The notes beneath the pieces were generated by a model, which worked only from the letters and a program-made list of their open reading frames with translations, did not search any database and was not told where the DNA came from. A stretch of 25,471 nucleotides of DNA from Sandaracinaceae bacterium (lineage in GTDB: Bacteria > Myxococcota_A > Polyangia > Polyangiales > Sandaracinaceae): assembly GCA_044220955.1 (NCBI GenBank), contig JBGAQA010000065.1, positions 12,612 through 38,082 on the forward strand, in the 5' to 3' direction. The translations under genes were made by a program, and so were the position numbers. Each line of letters opens with the position of its first letter. Position 1 is the stretch's first letter. Positions 8,939-17,581 of the stretch are shown piece by piece.

Positions 8939-9586
8939 TCAAGGGCTCGCGCTTGATCCGGCGGCGAGCGACAGGGTCCCGAAGCGCTCCGGGACGTGGA
9001 AGCTCGGGCGCCGCGTGTGCGTGGGGAAGCGCGCCAGGAACAGGCGCGGGGCAGGCGAGTGGCTCGTGATGCGGAACAGGCCGACGCGCAGACCGTCGCC
9101 GGCGGCGAAGCGAGCACGATCGAGCGCCGTGGCGGGGACGCGGGCCTCGATGACGAAGCGGTGCGCGTCGTCGTCGACGTGCTGGGCGTGCTGGCTCGCG
9201 CTCGACCACGACGTGTCGCCGTGAGGGCGTGCGTCGAGGTCGACCGCCACGTCGAGCACGTGTCCTCGCGGCCCGAGCTCGATCTCGCGGTACGTCCGCG
9301 GCGTCGAGGGGTCGGCGTCGAGGAAGATCTCGACGACGTCGTAGCCGTAGAGGTGCTCGTGCTCGGCGTCGGGCGGCGCGTCGGGCGCGGTGAGCGGCGG
9401 ATCGAAGGTGCACTCGAACGCGACGTGGAGCGCGTCGTCGGACCACAGGAGGCGGACGAGGGTCGTCGGGGTGGTGAGGGTCTGACCCGCGTAGTCGGTG
9501 GTGATCGCGACGGGGGCGGCGAGGGCCCAGGCGGGATCGTCGAGGAGGCCGTCGAGCGTCGGGGGGGATGCGGTGAACGGGGCCAC
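8939..9586 (-). CDS. carbohydrate-binding family 9-like (CBM9/DOMON-like) protein; 5' end uncertain
   Basis: PPTLDGLLDDPAW, VRLLWSDDALHVAF, DVVEIFLD, YREIELGPRG, VIEARVP, FHVPERFG. The frame stays open to 9772 through a PS/LS repeat; no signal peptide is visible. Confidence 0.75.
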   Translation of the reverse strand: MAPFTASPPTLDGLLDDPAWALAAPVAITTDYAGQTLTTPTTLVRLLWSDDALHVAFECTFDPPLTAPDAPPDAEHEHLYGYDVVEIFLDADPSTPRTYREIELGPRGHVLDVAVDLDARPHGDTSWSSASQHAQHVDDDAHRFVIEARVPATALDRARFAAGDGLRVGLFRITSHSPAPRLFLARFPTHTRRPSFHVPERFGTLSLAAGSSASP

Positions 9587-11465
9587 GAGATCCGAGGGCG
9601 AGGGCGAGGGCGAGGGCGCGGTCGAGGGCGAGGGCGAGAGCGAGAGCGAGAGCGAGAGCGAGAGCGAGAGCGAGGGCGCGAGCGCGAGCGAGAGCGAGCC
9701 GCCGCCCTCCGACGGCGCGTTCGATCTCCCCGTCTTCGGCCGCACCACGTTCTCGATGACGAGCACCACCACGGGGCGCTACCGCGGCAACAACTACGAC
9801 TCGAACCCCTACAACGACGACTTCTTCTCCCTCCGCCAGCGCTTCGACCTCGCGCTCCAGGGCGACGAGCTGCGCCTCGAGGTGCGACTCGACGGCTTCC
9901 TTCCCTTCGGCATCGCCGAGAGCGGCACCGTCCCGCGGCCCTACGATCGCCCTGCCTGGTTCGGCTCCCAGGCCGTCGGCGCGTTCGGCGGGACGAGCTC
10001 GAGCGCCTGCCCGGCGGGGTCGGGCTCGCTCTGTCCGATCGCGTGGGACGTCCGGCCCGAGCGGATGACCCTGCGCTGGGAGCACGAGAGCTGGCTCGTC
10101 GAGGCGGGCGACGCGCAGATCGTCTTCGGCCGCGGCATCGCGCTCTCGTTCCGCAAGGTGGACCTGCTCGGCGTCGACACCGCGCTCCGCGGCGGCCACG
10201 TCCGCTACGACGACGGGCACTTCCGCGCGCGGGTCCACGCCGGCGTCGCGAATCCCCAGAACCAGGATCCCATTTCGCTGCTCATCATCTCGGATCCGAG
10301 CGACATCTTCGCCGCGGCCTCCGTCGGCGCGACGTTCGGTCCCGGCGACGCGCTCTCCGCGAGCGCGCACGCGGTCCGCGCCTGGTTCCAGGACGACCCG
10401 ATCCACAACTCGCGCACGCAGCAGTCGGTCGACGTCGCCGGCTGGACGATCGAGGCGCCGGCGCTGCTCGACGGCAACCTCGCGCTCTACGCCGAGGCGA
10501 ACGGCATGCGCCGGCAGTACACCTTCGACGGTCAGCAGCACGTCGAGTCGGGCCGCGCCGTCTACGCCTCCGCGCAGCTGCTGGCCGAGAACCTGACCAT
10601 CCTGATCGAGTGGAAGGACTACTCGAACTTCCTGCTCTCGGCGTCGGCCTCCGAGCCCAGCCCCTTTCGCATCTACAACGCCTCGCCGAGCCTCGAATTC
10701 GACGGGCCACAGCGGCTTCGCGCCATCGGCAACCAGCGCGGCGGCTCGATCCGTCTCGACTACGGCTTCCTGCCCGGCCCCTGGTCGATCCTGCTCGGCT
10801 CCACGCTCTACGGCCTGGACGGTCACGATCGCTACCGCGACCCCTGGGACGGCGTGCTCGTGTCGCACACCTGGGCCGGCCTCTCGCGGCGGCAGGAGTA
10901 CGACGGCGACCTCACGTGGTCGGTCACCGCCAACGGCGGCTACCGCCGCGAGATGTGCATCCACGACGACAGCGGGAGCGACATCGGCTGCGAGGTCCGC
11001 GGCGAGCGTGCGGGCGACGCGGACCGCGAGATGGTGCACGGCCAGGTCGAGGTCACGCTCGCGAGCGGCGAGCACGGCCTCGACCTCAACGTCGATCACC
11101 GATTCGAGGGCGAGCGCACCGCGTCGGGCTACTTGCGCTTCCAGATCGGCGGCGTCGCGCTCACGTACACGTACGGCGTCGTGCTCGCGATCTCGCTGGG
11201 CCTGCGCTGGACCGACCAGGTCGGCGGCATCGTCAACGCCCGCAACCTGCGCGACTACAACGGGCTCGGCTCGCGCACGGCGACGGACCTGGGCGCCGCG
11301 GGCGCGATGTACCCGTCCCTCGAGGTCCGCTACAACTTCGACCCCTCGAACTCGATCCGCCTCTTCATCGGGCAGACACCGGGTGGTCTCATCTGCGCCG
11401 GTGGCGTGTGCCGGCAGGTGCCGCCGTTCGAGGGCGGCCTGATCGAGCTCGTGCTCCGGCTCTGA
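9498..11465 (+). CDS. outer-membrane beta-barrel, DUF6029-like; start uncertain
   Basis: Amphipathic beta strands; GDAQIVFGRGIAL; EWKDY; C-terminal GGLICAGGVCRQVPPFEG...LRL as I recall it for DUF6029; adjacent TlpA. Full signal peptide is lacking. Confidence 0.7.
   Translation: MVIATGAARAQAGSSRRPSSVGGDAVNGATRSEGEGEGEGAVEGEGESESESESESESEGASASESEPPPSDGAFDLPVFGRTTFSMTSTTTGRYRGNNYDSNPYNDDFFSLRQRFDLALQGDELRLEVRLDGFLPFGIAESGTVPRPYDRPAWFGSQAVGAFGGTSSSACPAGSGSLCPIAWDVRPERMTLRWEHESWLVEAGDAQIVFGRGIALSFRKVDLLGVDTALRGGHVRYDDGHFRARVHAGVANPQNQDPISLLIISDPSDIFAAASVGATFGPGDALSASAHAVRAWFQDDPIHNSRTQQSVDVAGWTIEAPALLDGNLALYAEANGMRRQYTFDGQQHVESGRAVYASAQLLAENLTILIEWKDYSNFLLSASASEPSPFRIYNASPSLEFDGPQRLRAIGNQRGGSIRLDYGFLPGPWSILLGSTLYGLDGHDRYRDPWDGVLVSHTWAGLSRRQEYDGDLTWSVTANGGYRREMCIHDDSGSDIGCEVRGERAGDADREMVHGQVEVTLASGEHGLDLNVDHRFEGERTASGYLRFQIGGVALTYTYGVVLAISLGLRWTDQVGGIVNARNLRDYNGLGSRTATDLGAAGAMYPSLEVRYNFDPSNSIRLFIGQTPGGLICAGGVCRQVPPFEGGLIELVLRL
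9594..9698. repeat. compound hexanucleotide repeat (GAGGGC)n/(GAGAGC)6
   Basis: GAGGGC x4, GCGGTC, GAGGGC x2, GAGAGC x6, then degenerate units. Reads EG/ES on + and PS/LS on -. Confidence 0.92.
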
Positions 11466-11544
11466 GCGGTTGAGCCCGGACGGTCCATTGGTCAGACTGC
11501 GCGGCTGAATGCGGCGCATCACCGCCGCGTCCAGACGAGACCTC

Positions 11545-12210
11545 ATGCACGCACGTCGTTTCCTCGCGCCGATCGCCCTGGCCGCCCTGCTCGCCGGCAC
11601 TGCCTTCGCTCCGGCGTCTCGCGGCGCCGCGCCCGGCGCCGATCGCGGCCTCGATCTCGCCGCCCTCTTCCGGCCGAGCCCCGCGTTCGGCCGCGTCGGC
11701 GGGCAGCCGCCGCCGTTCACGCTCCCCGCCGCGACGGGCGGGCCGAGCACGGGCCAGTTCCGCATGGCCGAGCACCTCGCCGCGCACCACCCGGTGGCGA
11801 TCCTCTTCTGGGCGACGTGGTGCGTGCCCTGTACGCAGGAGCTGCCTTTCTACCAGACGCTCTACACGCGCCACCAGGCGCAGGACTTCCACGTCGTCGC
11901 CATCGCGATGGACGCCGCGAGCACCATCACCCGCGTCGGTCCGGCGGCGCGCCGCCTCGGCATCACGTACGACGTCGTGACCGACCTCGACACGCGCGTC
12001 ACGAGCCAGCTCAACCCCCGCCGCAGCGCGCCCTTCAGCATCTGGGTCAACCGCGACGGCCGCATCACCTGGGAGCGCGAGGGCTTCTCGCCCGCCGAGC
12101 AGTCCACCGTCGAGAACGGTATCCGCGATCTCGTCGCCGGCGCCGCGCCGCCGCCCGCGCCGCCCTCGGGTCCGGCGCCCTCGGCACCGTCCACCACGAC
12201 CGGCGGTTGA
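11545..12210 (+). CDS. TlpA-family thiol-disulfide oxidoreductase
   Basis: Signal peptide, PPFTLP, FWATWCVPCTQELP. Alternative start at 11509. Confidence 0.9.
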   Translation: MHARRFLAPIALAALLAGTAFAPASRGAAPGADRGLDLAALFRPSPAFGRVGGQPPPFTLPAATGGPSTGQFRMAEHLAAHHPVAILFWATWCVPCTQELPFYQTLYTRHQAQDFHVVAIAMDAASTITRVGPAARRLGITYDVVTDLDTRVTSQLNPRRSAPFSIWVNRDGRITWEREGFSPAEQSTVENGIRDLVAGAAPPPAPPSGPAPSAPSTTTGG

Positions 12211-12383
12211 GCGTCCTGCGCGCGCTCGCGCTCGCGTGGCTCGTGGCCCTCGGGGCGAGCGGCTGCGGGGATCGCTGCGCCCGCGGCCCCACGACGACCT
12301 GCTGGTGCCCGGGCGACGCGATCGGGCAGAGCACGTGCGGCGAGGACGGGCTCTACGGCGCCTGCGTGTGCCCGGGGCGCTGA
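12207..12383 (+). CDS. small Cys-rich lipoprotein (58 aa)
   Basis: TTG overlaps the TlpA stop (TTGA); LVALGASGC lipobox; C..G....C.C.....G...C...G....C.C module. Confidence 0.6.
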   Translation: MSVLRALALAWLVALGASGCGDRCARGPTTTCWCPGDAIGQSTCGEDGLYGACVCPGR

Positions 12384-12447
12384 GAAGCGGGGACTTGACG
12401 TCACGCGCCGCCGGCCCGCATCGTCATCGCCTCATCACGGGGGCAGG

Positions 12448-12681
12448 ATGAATCGCGTCACGTTGATTCTCGGGGTCTGCGCGGCGATGGCGACCGTCGC
12501 GTCGAGCGGCTGCACGTCGAACGTCATGCAGGACACGCAGACGATCCACAACCGCGAGGCGACACGCATCTGGGTCATCCATCGATCGCAGGGCATGTCC
12601 TCGTCGCAGGACGAGATCGTCTACTGCGACGCCACGCAGCCGTCCAGTTCGCCTCTCTGCCAGACCTGGTCGCCCAGGTGA
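12448..12681 (+). CDS. small hypothetical lipoprotein
   Basis: Signal peptide with SSGC; purine-rich RBS; one further Cys pair; GTGA coupling to the next gene. Confidence 0.7.
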   Translation: MNRVTLILGVCAAMATVASSGCTSNVMQDTQTIHNREATRIWVIHRSQGMSSSQDEIVYCDATQPSSSPLCQTWSPR

Positions 12682-13424
12682 TCTCGCGGGCGCGGCTCGT
12701 CGCGCTCGGGTGCGGAGTCCTGGCGGGCTGTGCGGCGCAGCCGCCGCAGATGGCCTCCACGCAGCTGCCGCTCGTGCGCGACGCCACGGAGACTCTCACG
12801 GACACTCCCGGGGTCACCGAAGTGGCCATCGTCTACGACGACGAGGGCGCGAGCGCGCTCGAGGTCGGGCTCGTGCAGCCGACGGCCGCGTCCCTCCCCG
12901 AGCCCGTTCGTCGCGCGGCGTCTGCGGCGGTCGAGGGACGCGCGCTCGGCCGGGCGACGTGGGTCGTCGAGGCGACGGGCTTCGCCCTCTACCGGGTCGA
13001 GTCCGACGACGGCAGCGGGCAGCCGTGCGTCGTGCGCGTCTCGGAATCCGGCGAGCTCATCGACGTCGAGTGCGCGCTCGGCCCGAGCGAGGCACTGCCC
13101 GCCGCCGTGAGCGCGACGGCGGATCGGCTCGCGCCGGGTGCGAGGCTCTACGTGGCGCGCCGCCATGGTCCGGGGACGGAGAGCTTCATCGTCCATGCCC
13201 GTCCGAGCGACCGCGTGCAGGTCCTCGAGATCGCCGCCGACGGGACGCTGCTCGAGCATCGCGTCCGCTACACCGGGGTGATCGACCTGCCGTTCTACGG
13301 GCAGCCGAGCGCACCCGGGGCTGCGCTCGCCGCGCCGGCTCCCGCGCCGGAGGCCGAGGCCACCTCGGCGGCCGTCGAACCTTCCAGCCCGCCTGCGCCC
13401 GCGCACCGACGCGCGCGACACTGA
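12678..13424 (+). CDS. hypothetical lipoprotein with duplicated PepSY/BLIP-like modules
   Basis: Lipobox LAGC; two repeats (LPEPVRRAA...VSESGELI and LPAAVSATA...IAADGTLL). Confidence 0.7.
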   Translation: MISRARLVALGCGVLAGCAAQPPQMASTQLPLVRDATETLTDTPGVTEVAIVYDDEGASALEVGLVQPTAASLPEPVRRAASAAVEGRALGRATWVVEATGFALYRVESDDGSGQPCVVRVSESGELIDVECALGPSEALPAAVSATADRLAPGARLYVARRHGPGTESFIVHARPSDRVQVLEIAADGTLLEHRVRYTGVIDLPFYGQPSAPGAALAAPAPAPEAEATSAAVEPSSPPAPAHRRARH

Positions 13425-13503
13425 CGTTCTCCGGGGCGGATGCCCGACCTCGTCGTGCCCGAAGCCGTCGTCGATCGAGGGACGGGATTCGAGCGGGCGC
13501 TGG

Positions 13504-14199
13504 CTACGTCCGGCGGCGGTTGCCCATCGCCATCGCGCGGAAGACGTAGTACGCCAGGGTCGAGAGGGCCGCGAGCGCGGCGCCGACGTAGGTCATCGCC
13601 GCCGCCGTCAGCACCTGCGAGACGCCACGCCGCTCCTCGCCGCCGACCATCCCGAGACGATCGAGCTCGGCCTTGGCGCGGCTCGACGCATCGAGCTCGA
13701 CGGGCAGCGTGATCAGCTGGAACAGGACGGTGCCGCCGAAGAGGAAGATGCCGACCCAGACCAGCTGCGTGAACGAGAGCAAGAACCCCGCGAAGATGAT
13801 GATCATCCCGAGGTTCGAGCCGATGCTCGCGAGCGGCACCGCGAAGCTCCGGAGCGCGAGCGGCGCGTAATTTCGTGCGTGCTGGATGGCGTGGCCAGTC
13901 TCGTGGGCCGCGACGGCCATCGCGCTCACCGAGCGGCCGTAGAACACGGGCTCCGAGAGCCGGACCACCCGCGTCCGTGGGTCGTAGTGATCGCTGAGCG
14001 CGCCCTGGACCGGGACCACCCGCACTGCGCTCAGGCCGTTTCGATCGAGGAGGAAGCGCGCGATCGACTCGCCCGAAGCGCCGCTCTGCGAGGGCACCCG
14101 CGACCACCTCTCGAAGCGTGAGCGCGTCATCCACGACGCCCACATGGAGAGGAGCAGCGCCGGCAGGACGAACACGAAATACATCGGGTCGAGGTACAT
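13504..14199 (-). CDS. YugP-like membrane zinc metallopeptidase (Zn_peptidase_2)
   Basis: LSDHYDP, AVAAHETGHAIQH, LITLPVELDASSRA, VLTAAAMTYV. ATG 14199. Confidence 0.93.
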   Translation of the reverse strand: MYLDPMYFVFVLPALLLSMWASWMTRSRFERWSRVPSQSGASGESIARFLLDRNGLSAVRVVPVQGALSDHYDPRTRVVRLSEPVFYGRSVSAMAVAAHETGHAIQHARNYAPLALRSFAVPLASIGSNLGMIIIFAGFLLSFTQLVWVGIFLFGGTVLFQLITLPVELDASSRAKAELDRLGMVGGEERRGVSQVLTAAAMTYVGAALAALSTLAYYVFRAMAMGNRRRT

Positions 14200-14292
14200 G
14201 GACCGCTCCGTCTGATCGACCCGTAAACACGTGCGCGCGGGTTTCAATCCCCTCGCACGGGCAGCCCCTGGAGTTTGGTAGGCTCCGCGCCG

Positions 14293-15495
14293 ATGCGCGT
14301 CCTCGTCGCCGACAAGCTCTCGTCCTTCGTCCCCGGCCGCCTGCAAGATCTCGGCGCGCGCGTCGAGGTCGACCCCAAGCTCGACGGCGACGCGCTGACG
14401 GCCAAGGTCGGCGAGCTGGATCCGGCGGTGCTCATCGTGCGGAGCACGAGGGTGAGCGCAGCGCAGATCGCCGCCGGCAAGGGGCTCTCGCTCGTCATCC
14501 GGGCGGGCGCCGGCGTGAACACGATCGATCTGCCCGCCTGCTCCGAGCGCGGCATCTACGTCGCGAACTGCCCCGGCAAGAACGCCGTCGCGGTCGCCGA
14601 GCTGGCGATGGGGCACCTCGTGAACATCGATCGCCGGATCGCCGACAACGTCGCGTCGCTCCGCGCCCACCAGTGGGACAAGAAGGCCTTCGGCGAGGCG
14701 CGCGGCCTGCGTGGGCGGACGCTGGCGATCCTCGGCTTCGGCGCGATCGGCAAGGAGGTGGCGCTCCGCGCGAAGGCCTTCGGGATGAAGGTCGTCGCGT
14801 GGTCGCTCTTCGCGCCGGGCGAGGCGGAGGGATACGGCATCGAGAAGGCGACGACGGCGGAGGCGGCGGTCACGAACGCCGACGCCGTGAGCGTCCACCT
14901 GCCGTTCACGCCCGAGACGAGGAGGCGGATCGGCGCGTCGGTGTTCGGCGCGATGAAGCAGGGCGCGTACTTCGTGAACACCTCGCGCGGCGAGGTCGTC
15001 GACCAGGACGCGCTCGTGGAGGCCATCAGGACGCGCGGCATCAAGGCGGGGCTCGACGTGTTCGCCGCGGAGCCGAGCGCGGCCAAGGCCGCGTTCGAGG
15101 ATCCGATCGTGGACCTGCCGGGCGTCTACGGGACCTGCCACATCGGCGCGAGCACCGACGAGGCGGAGGAGGCCGTCGGCGAGGAGGTCGTGCGCATCGT
15201 GGCGGCCTACCGCAACGCCGAGCCGATCCCGAACTGCGTGAACCTCGCGAAGAAGTCCGCGGCGACGCACGTCATCGCGGTGCGCCACGCCGATCGCGTG
15301 GGCGTGCTCGCGCGGGTGCTCGGGGTGCTGAGCGAGGCGCGGCACAACGTGCAGGGCATGGAGAACATCGTGTTCTCGGGCGGGCAGGCCGCGCTCGTGC
15401 GCATCGAGATCGTCGGCGAGCCGGAGGAGCGGGTGCTCGCGGCGATCGCGGCGAGCGCGGACGTCTTCCACGTCGGGGCGAGCTCGATCGGCTGA
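14293..15495 (+). CDS. serA: D-3-phosphoglycerate dehydrogenase-like 2-hydroxyacid dehydrogenase with C-terminal ACT domain
   Basis: RAGAGVNTID, NAVAVAE, GFGAIG, VNTSRG, LDVF..EP, HIGAST.EA; ACT HADRVGVLA. TG-n-TAGGCT -10 box 8 nt before ATG. Confidence 0.85.
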   Translation: MRVLVADKLSSFVPGRLQDLGARVEVDPKLDGDALTAKVGELDPAVLIVRSTRVSAAQIAAGKGLSLVIRAGAGVNTIDLPACSERGIYVANCPGKNAVAVAELAMGHLVNIDRRIADNVASLRAHQWDKKAFGEARGLRGRTLAILGFGAIGKEVALRAKAFGMKVVAWSLFAPGEAEGYGIEKATTAEAAVTNADAVSVHLPFTPETRRRIGASVFGAMKQGAYFVNTSRGEVVDQDALVEAIRTRGIKAGLDVFAAEPSAAKAAFEDPIVDLPGVYGTCHIGASTDEAEEAVGEEVVRIVAAYRNAEPIPNCVNLAKKSAATHVIAVRHADRVGVLARVLGVLSEARHNVQGMENIVFSGGQAALVRIEIVGEPEERVLAAIAASADVFHVGASSIG

Positions 15496-15545
15496 GCGAG
15501 AAGAGGCCGTTGCCCCTCTGCGCGCGAGCGCGCGAGAATCCTCCG

Positions 15546-16571
15546 ATGCGCGCGCTCACCGTCCTCGCTCTCCTGGGTGTCGTCGTCGGGTGCTCGTCGT
15601 CCGGCGCGCTCGCGACCGACGCCGACCCGACGGACGCGCGCACGATCGACGCGGGCGGGCCGGACGCGCTCGATGGCGCCGTCGCTTGCGTCGCTCCACC
15701 TCGGACCACCGCGTGTCCCGATCAGAGCGAGCCGTTCTCGATGGCGTGCCTCGACCGGACCCGCGACTGCGACTGCCCGATCCCGCCCGACGCGACGTGC
15801 ACGGGACGCTTCCCGACCGAGGGGCTCACGCCTGCTGCGCGCTGGGTGCCGGGGCCCTTCACGGACGCGCGCGCGTGGGCCGGCGCGTGGGTGTGGTCGC
15901 CGACGCCAGGGCCTCGGACGCGCCTGCTCGTCACGCTCCACGGCACGGCGGGGCACGCGTCCGCGGAGCTCTACTGGTGGGCCCCGCGCGTTCAGGCGAT
16001 CCGCGACTGCCTCGGCGTCGACCTCGGGATCGTCGCGGTGCAGTACCACGACGAGAGCGCCCCCGACGACGCCGGGTACCTCTCGATCGAATCGACCACC
16101 GGCGGCGAGCCCGACCTCGAGCGGCTGGTCGACACCGTCCTGAGCGCAGAGCGCGACGCGGGTCGCGCCGCGCCCGGCGGGCATCTCTTCCACGGGTTCA
16201 GCCGCGGCTCCGCGAACATGTATCCGCTCGCGGTGCTCGACGGCGCCACGGGCCAGAGGTGGGGCACTCGCTTCATCGCCGACGCCGGGGCATGGCCGCT
16301 CGGCACGCCCGGGCCCTCGCCGATCGCCGACGCGGTCGCCGCGCGCCGGACCGACGCCCTCGCGGGCGTCTCGTTCTACGTCTTCTACGGCGCGCAGGAC
16401 CACGATCCCGACCGGGGTGCGACCCAGCGCAACGCCGCGGACGTGGTGCGGATGCTCGGCGGTGAGGCGACCGTGGTGGAGGACCCCACGGGCTGCCACG
16501 CGGTGATGGAGATGGGGGCCGAGAGCGACCGCGCGTTCGCGGCGCTCCTCTGGGCGCTCGACGCGCCCTGA
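15546..16571 (+). CDS. lipoprotein alpha/beta hydrolase
   Basis: VVVGC lipobox, TLHG, nucleophile elbow GFSRG, G.QD, and C-terminal GCH. Confidence 0.78.
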   Translation: MRALTVLALLGVVVGCSSSGALATDADPTDARTIDAGGPDALDGAVACVAPPRTTACPDQSEPFSMACLDRTRDCDCPIPPDATCTGRFPTEGLTPAARWVPGPFTDARAWAGAWVWSPTPGPRTRLLVTLHGTAGHASAELYWWAPRVQAIRDCLGVDLGIVAVQYHDESAPDDAGYLSIESTTGGEPDLERLVDTVLSAERDAGRAAPGGHLFHGFSRGSANMYPLAVLDGATGQRWGTRFIADAGAWPLGTPGPSPIADAVAARRTDALAGVSFYVFYGAQDHDPDRGATQRNAADVVRMLGGEATVVEDPTGCHAVMEMGAESDRAFAALLWALDAP

Positions 16572-16581
16572 AGGCGCCGGT

Positions 16582-17544
16582 CTACTCGTCGAAGAAGCGC
16601 GGCCTCGGCTCGCTCGGCAGGGCCGTGCGCCACTCGTAGGGCTCCGTGTCGTCGGCGAGCTGCCCGGCGAGTCGCATCAGGGTGGCGGGCTCGAGCGGGT
16701 AGCGCGCCCCCGACGTGATCGCCGACGCGTACACGTCGCGGAACGTCGCGTCGTCGTCAGGGACGGCGGCCCACGCGCGACGCAGCACGCCCGGAGTGAG
16801 CGCCGCATGGAGGTCACCGAGCATCTGCGCGAGCCGCGTGATCCGCGTGCGCTCGGTGCGCAGCTCGTTCGTGATCTCCGGCGAGCCGGTCGACACGCGG
16901 CCGATCATCTCGGGGCTCACCAGCACGTACTCGCGCGAGAGCGCGCGCGATCCGTCGTGCTCGCTCACCTCGTGGATCAAGAGCACGGCGGCCCACAGGT
17001 CCGGCACCTGCGACGCCTCCGCGAAGGGCGCCGAGACGCCGCGCTCGGTCGCGAACCGGACGCTCGGCGGCGCCGTACGCGCGTCGTAGAGGACGAGCAC
17101 CGACTCCGGACGGAGCTCGACGCGCACGAGGTGATCTCCCGCCGGCTCGCGCCCCGGCCAGCCGAGGCGGCTCGCCCAGGGCGAGGGCCACGCGCGACGA
17201 CGACCGCTACGGGCAGGCTCGCGCAGGTGTGCCGCGATCTCGGACGCGTCGCCCTCCATCGCCAGATCGAGGGAGACGTCCGCCGACGAGGGCAGCGTAC
17301 CGATGCTGCCTCCAGCCCGCAGCGCGCCGAGATCCTCGTCGTCCACCCACGCGTAGAGGACCGGCGCGCCGAAGTGCGTCTCGCTGATCGCCTGCGTGCG
17401 AAGCCAGTCACGGACGACCCGCTGCTGCGCGTCGAGGGGCGCCGGCGCGCTCGGAGGCGGGCGCCCCGCGTCGTGCGATCGCGCGTCGGCCTCACAGGCG
17501 CAGCCGGCGGCCATCAAGAGCAGGAGCGCCGCGCCGGTCCGCAC
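16582..17544 (-). CDS. hypothetical lipoprotein
   Basis: GTG 17544 gives VRTGAALLLLMAAGC; TACGCT -10 box lies 7 nt upstream; protein-like composition; fills the gap up to aspS. Confidence 0.7.
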   Translation of the reverse strand: MRTGAALLLLMAAGCACEADARSHDAGRPPPSAPAPLDAQQRVVRDWLRTQAISETHFGAPVLYAWVDDEDLGALRAGGSIGTLPSSADVSLDLAMEGDASEIAAHLREPARSGRRRAWPSPWASRLGWPGREPAGDHLVRVELRPESVLVLYDARTAPPSVRFATERGVSAPFAEASQVPDLWAAVLLIHEVSEHDGSRALSREYVLVSPEMIGRVSTGSPEITNELRTERTRITRLAQMLGDLHAALTPGVLRRAWAAVPDDDATFRDVYASAITSGARYPLEPATLMRLAGQLADDTEPYEWRTALPSEPRPRFFDE

Positions 17545-17581
17545 GCCGCTCAGCGTACGACGTGCTACAGCAGCCGTCCCC

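Noticed and set aside
7524..11765. 1413-aa minus-strand ORF and other long Arg/Ala/Pro-rich ORFs (e.g. 8996-11473, 17803-20097, 4586-6223)
   Set aside because: Shadow frames of real genes in high-GC DNA; no motifs and biased composition.
13504..15471. 655-aa ORF as one protein
   Set aside because: Only 13504-14199 is peptidase-like; the rest is antisense to the SerA-like gene.
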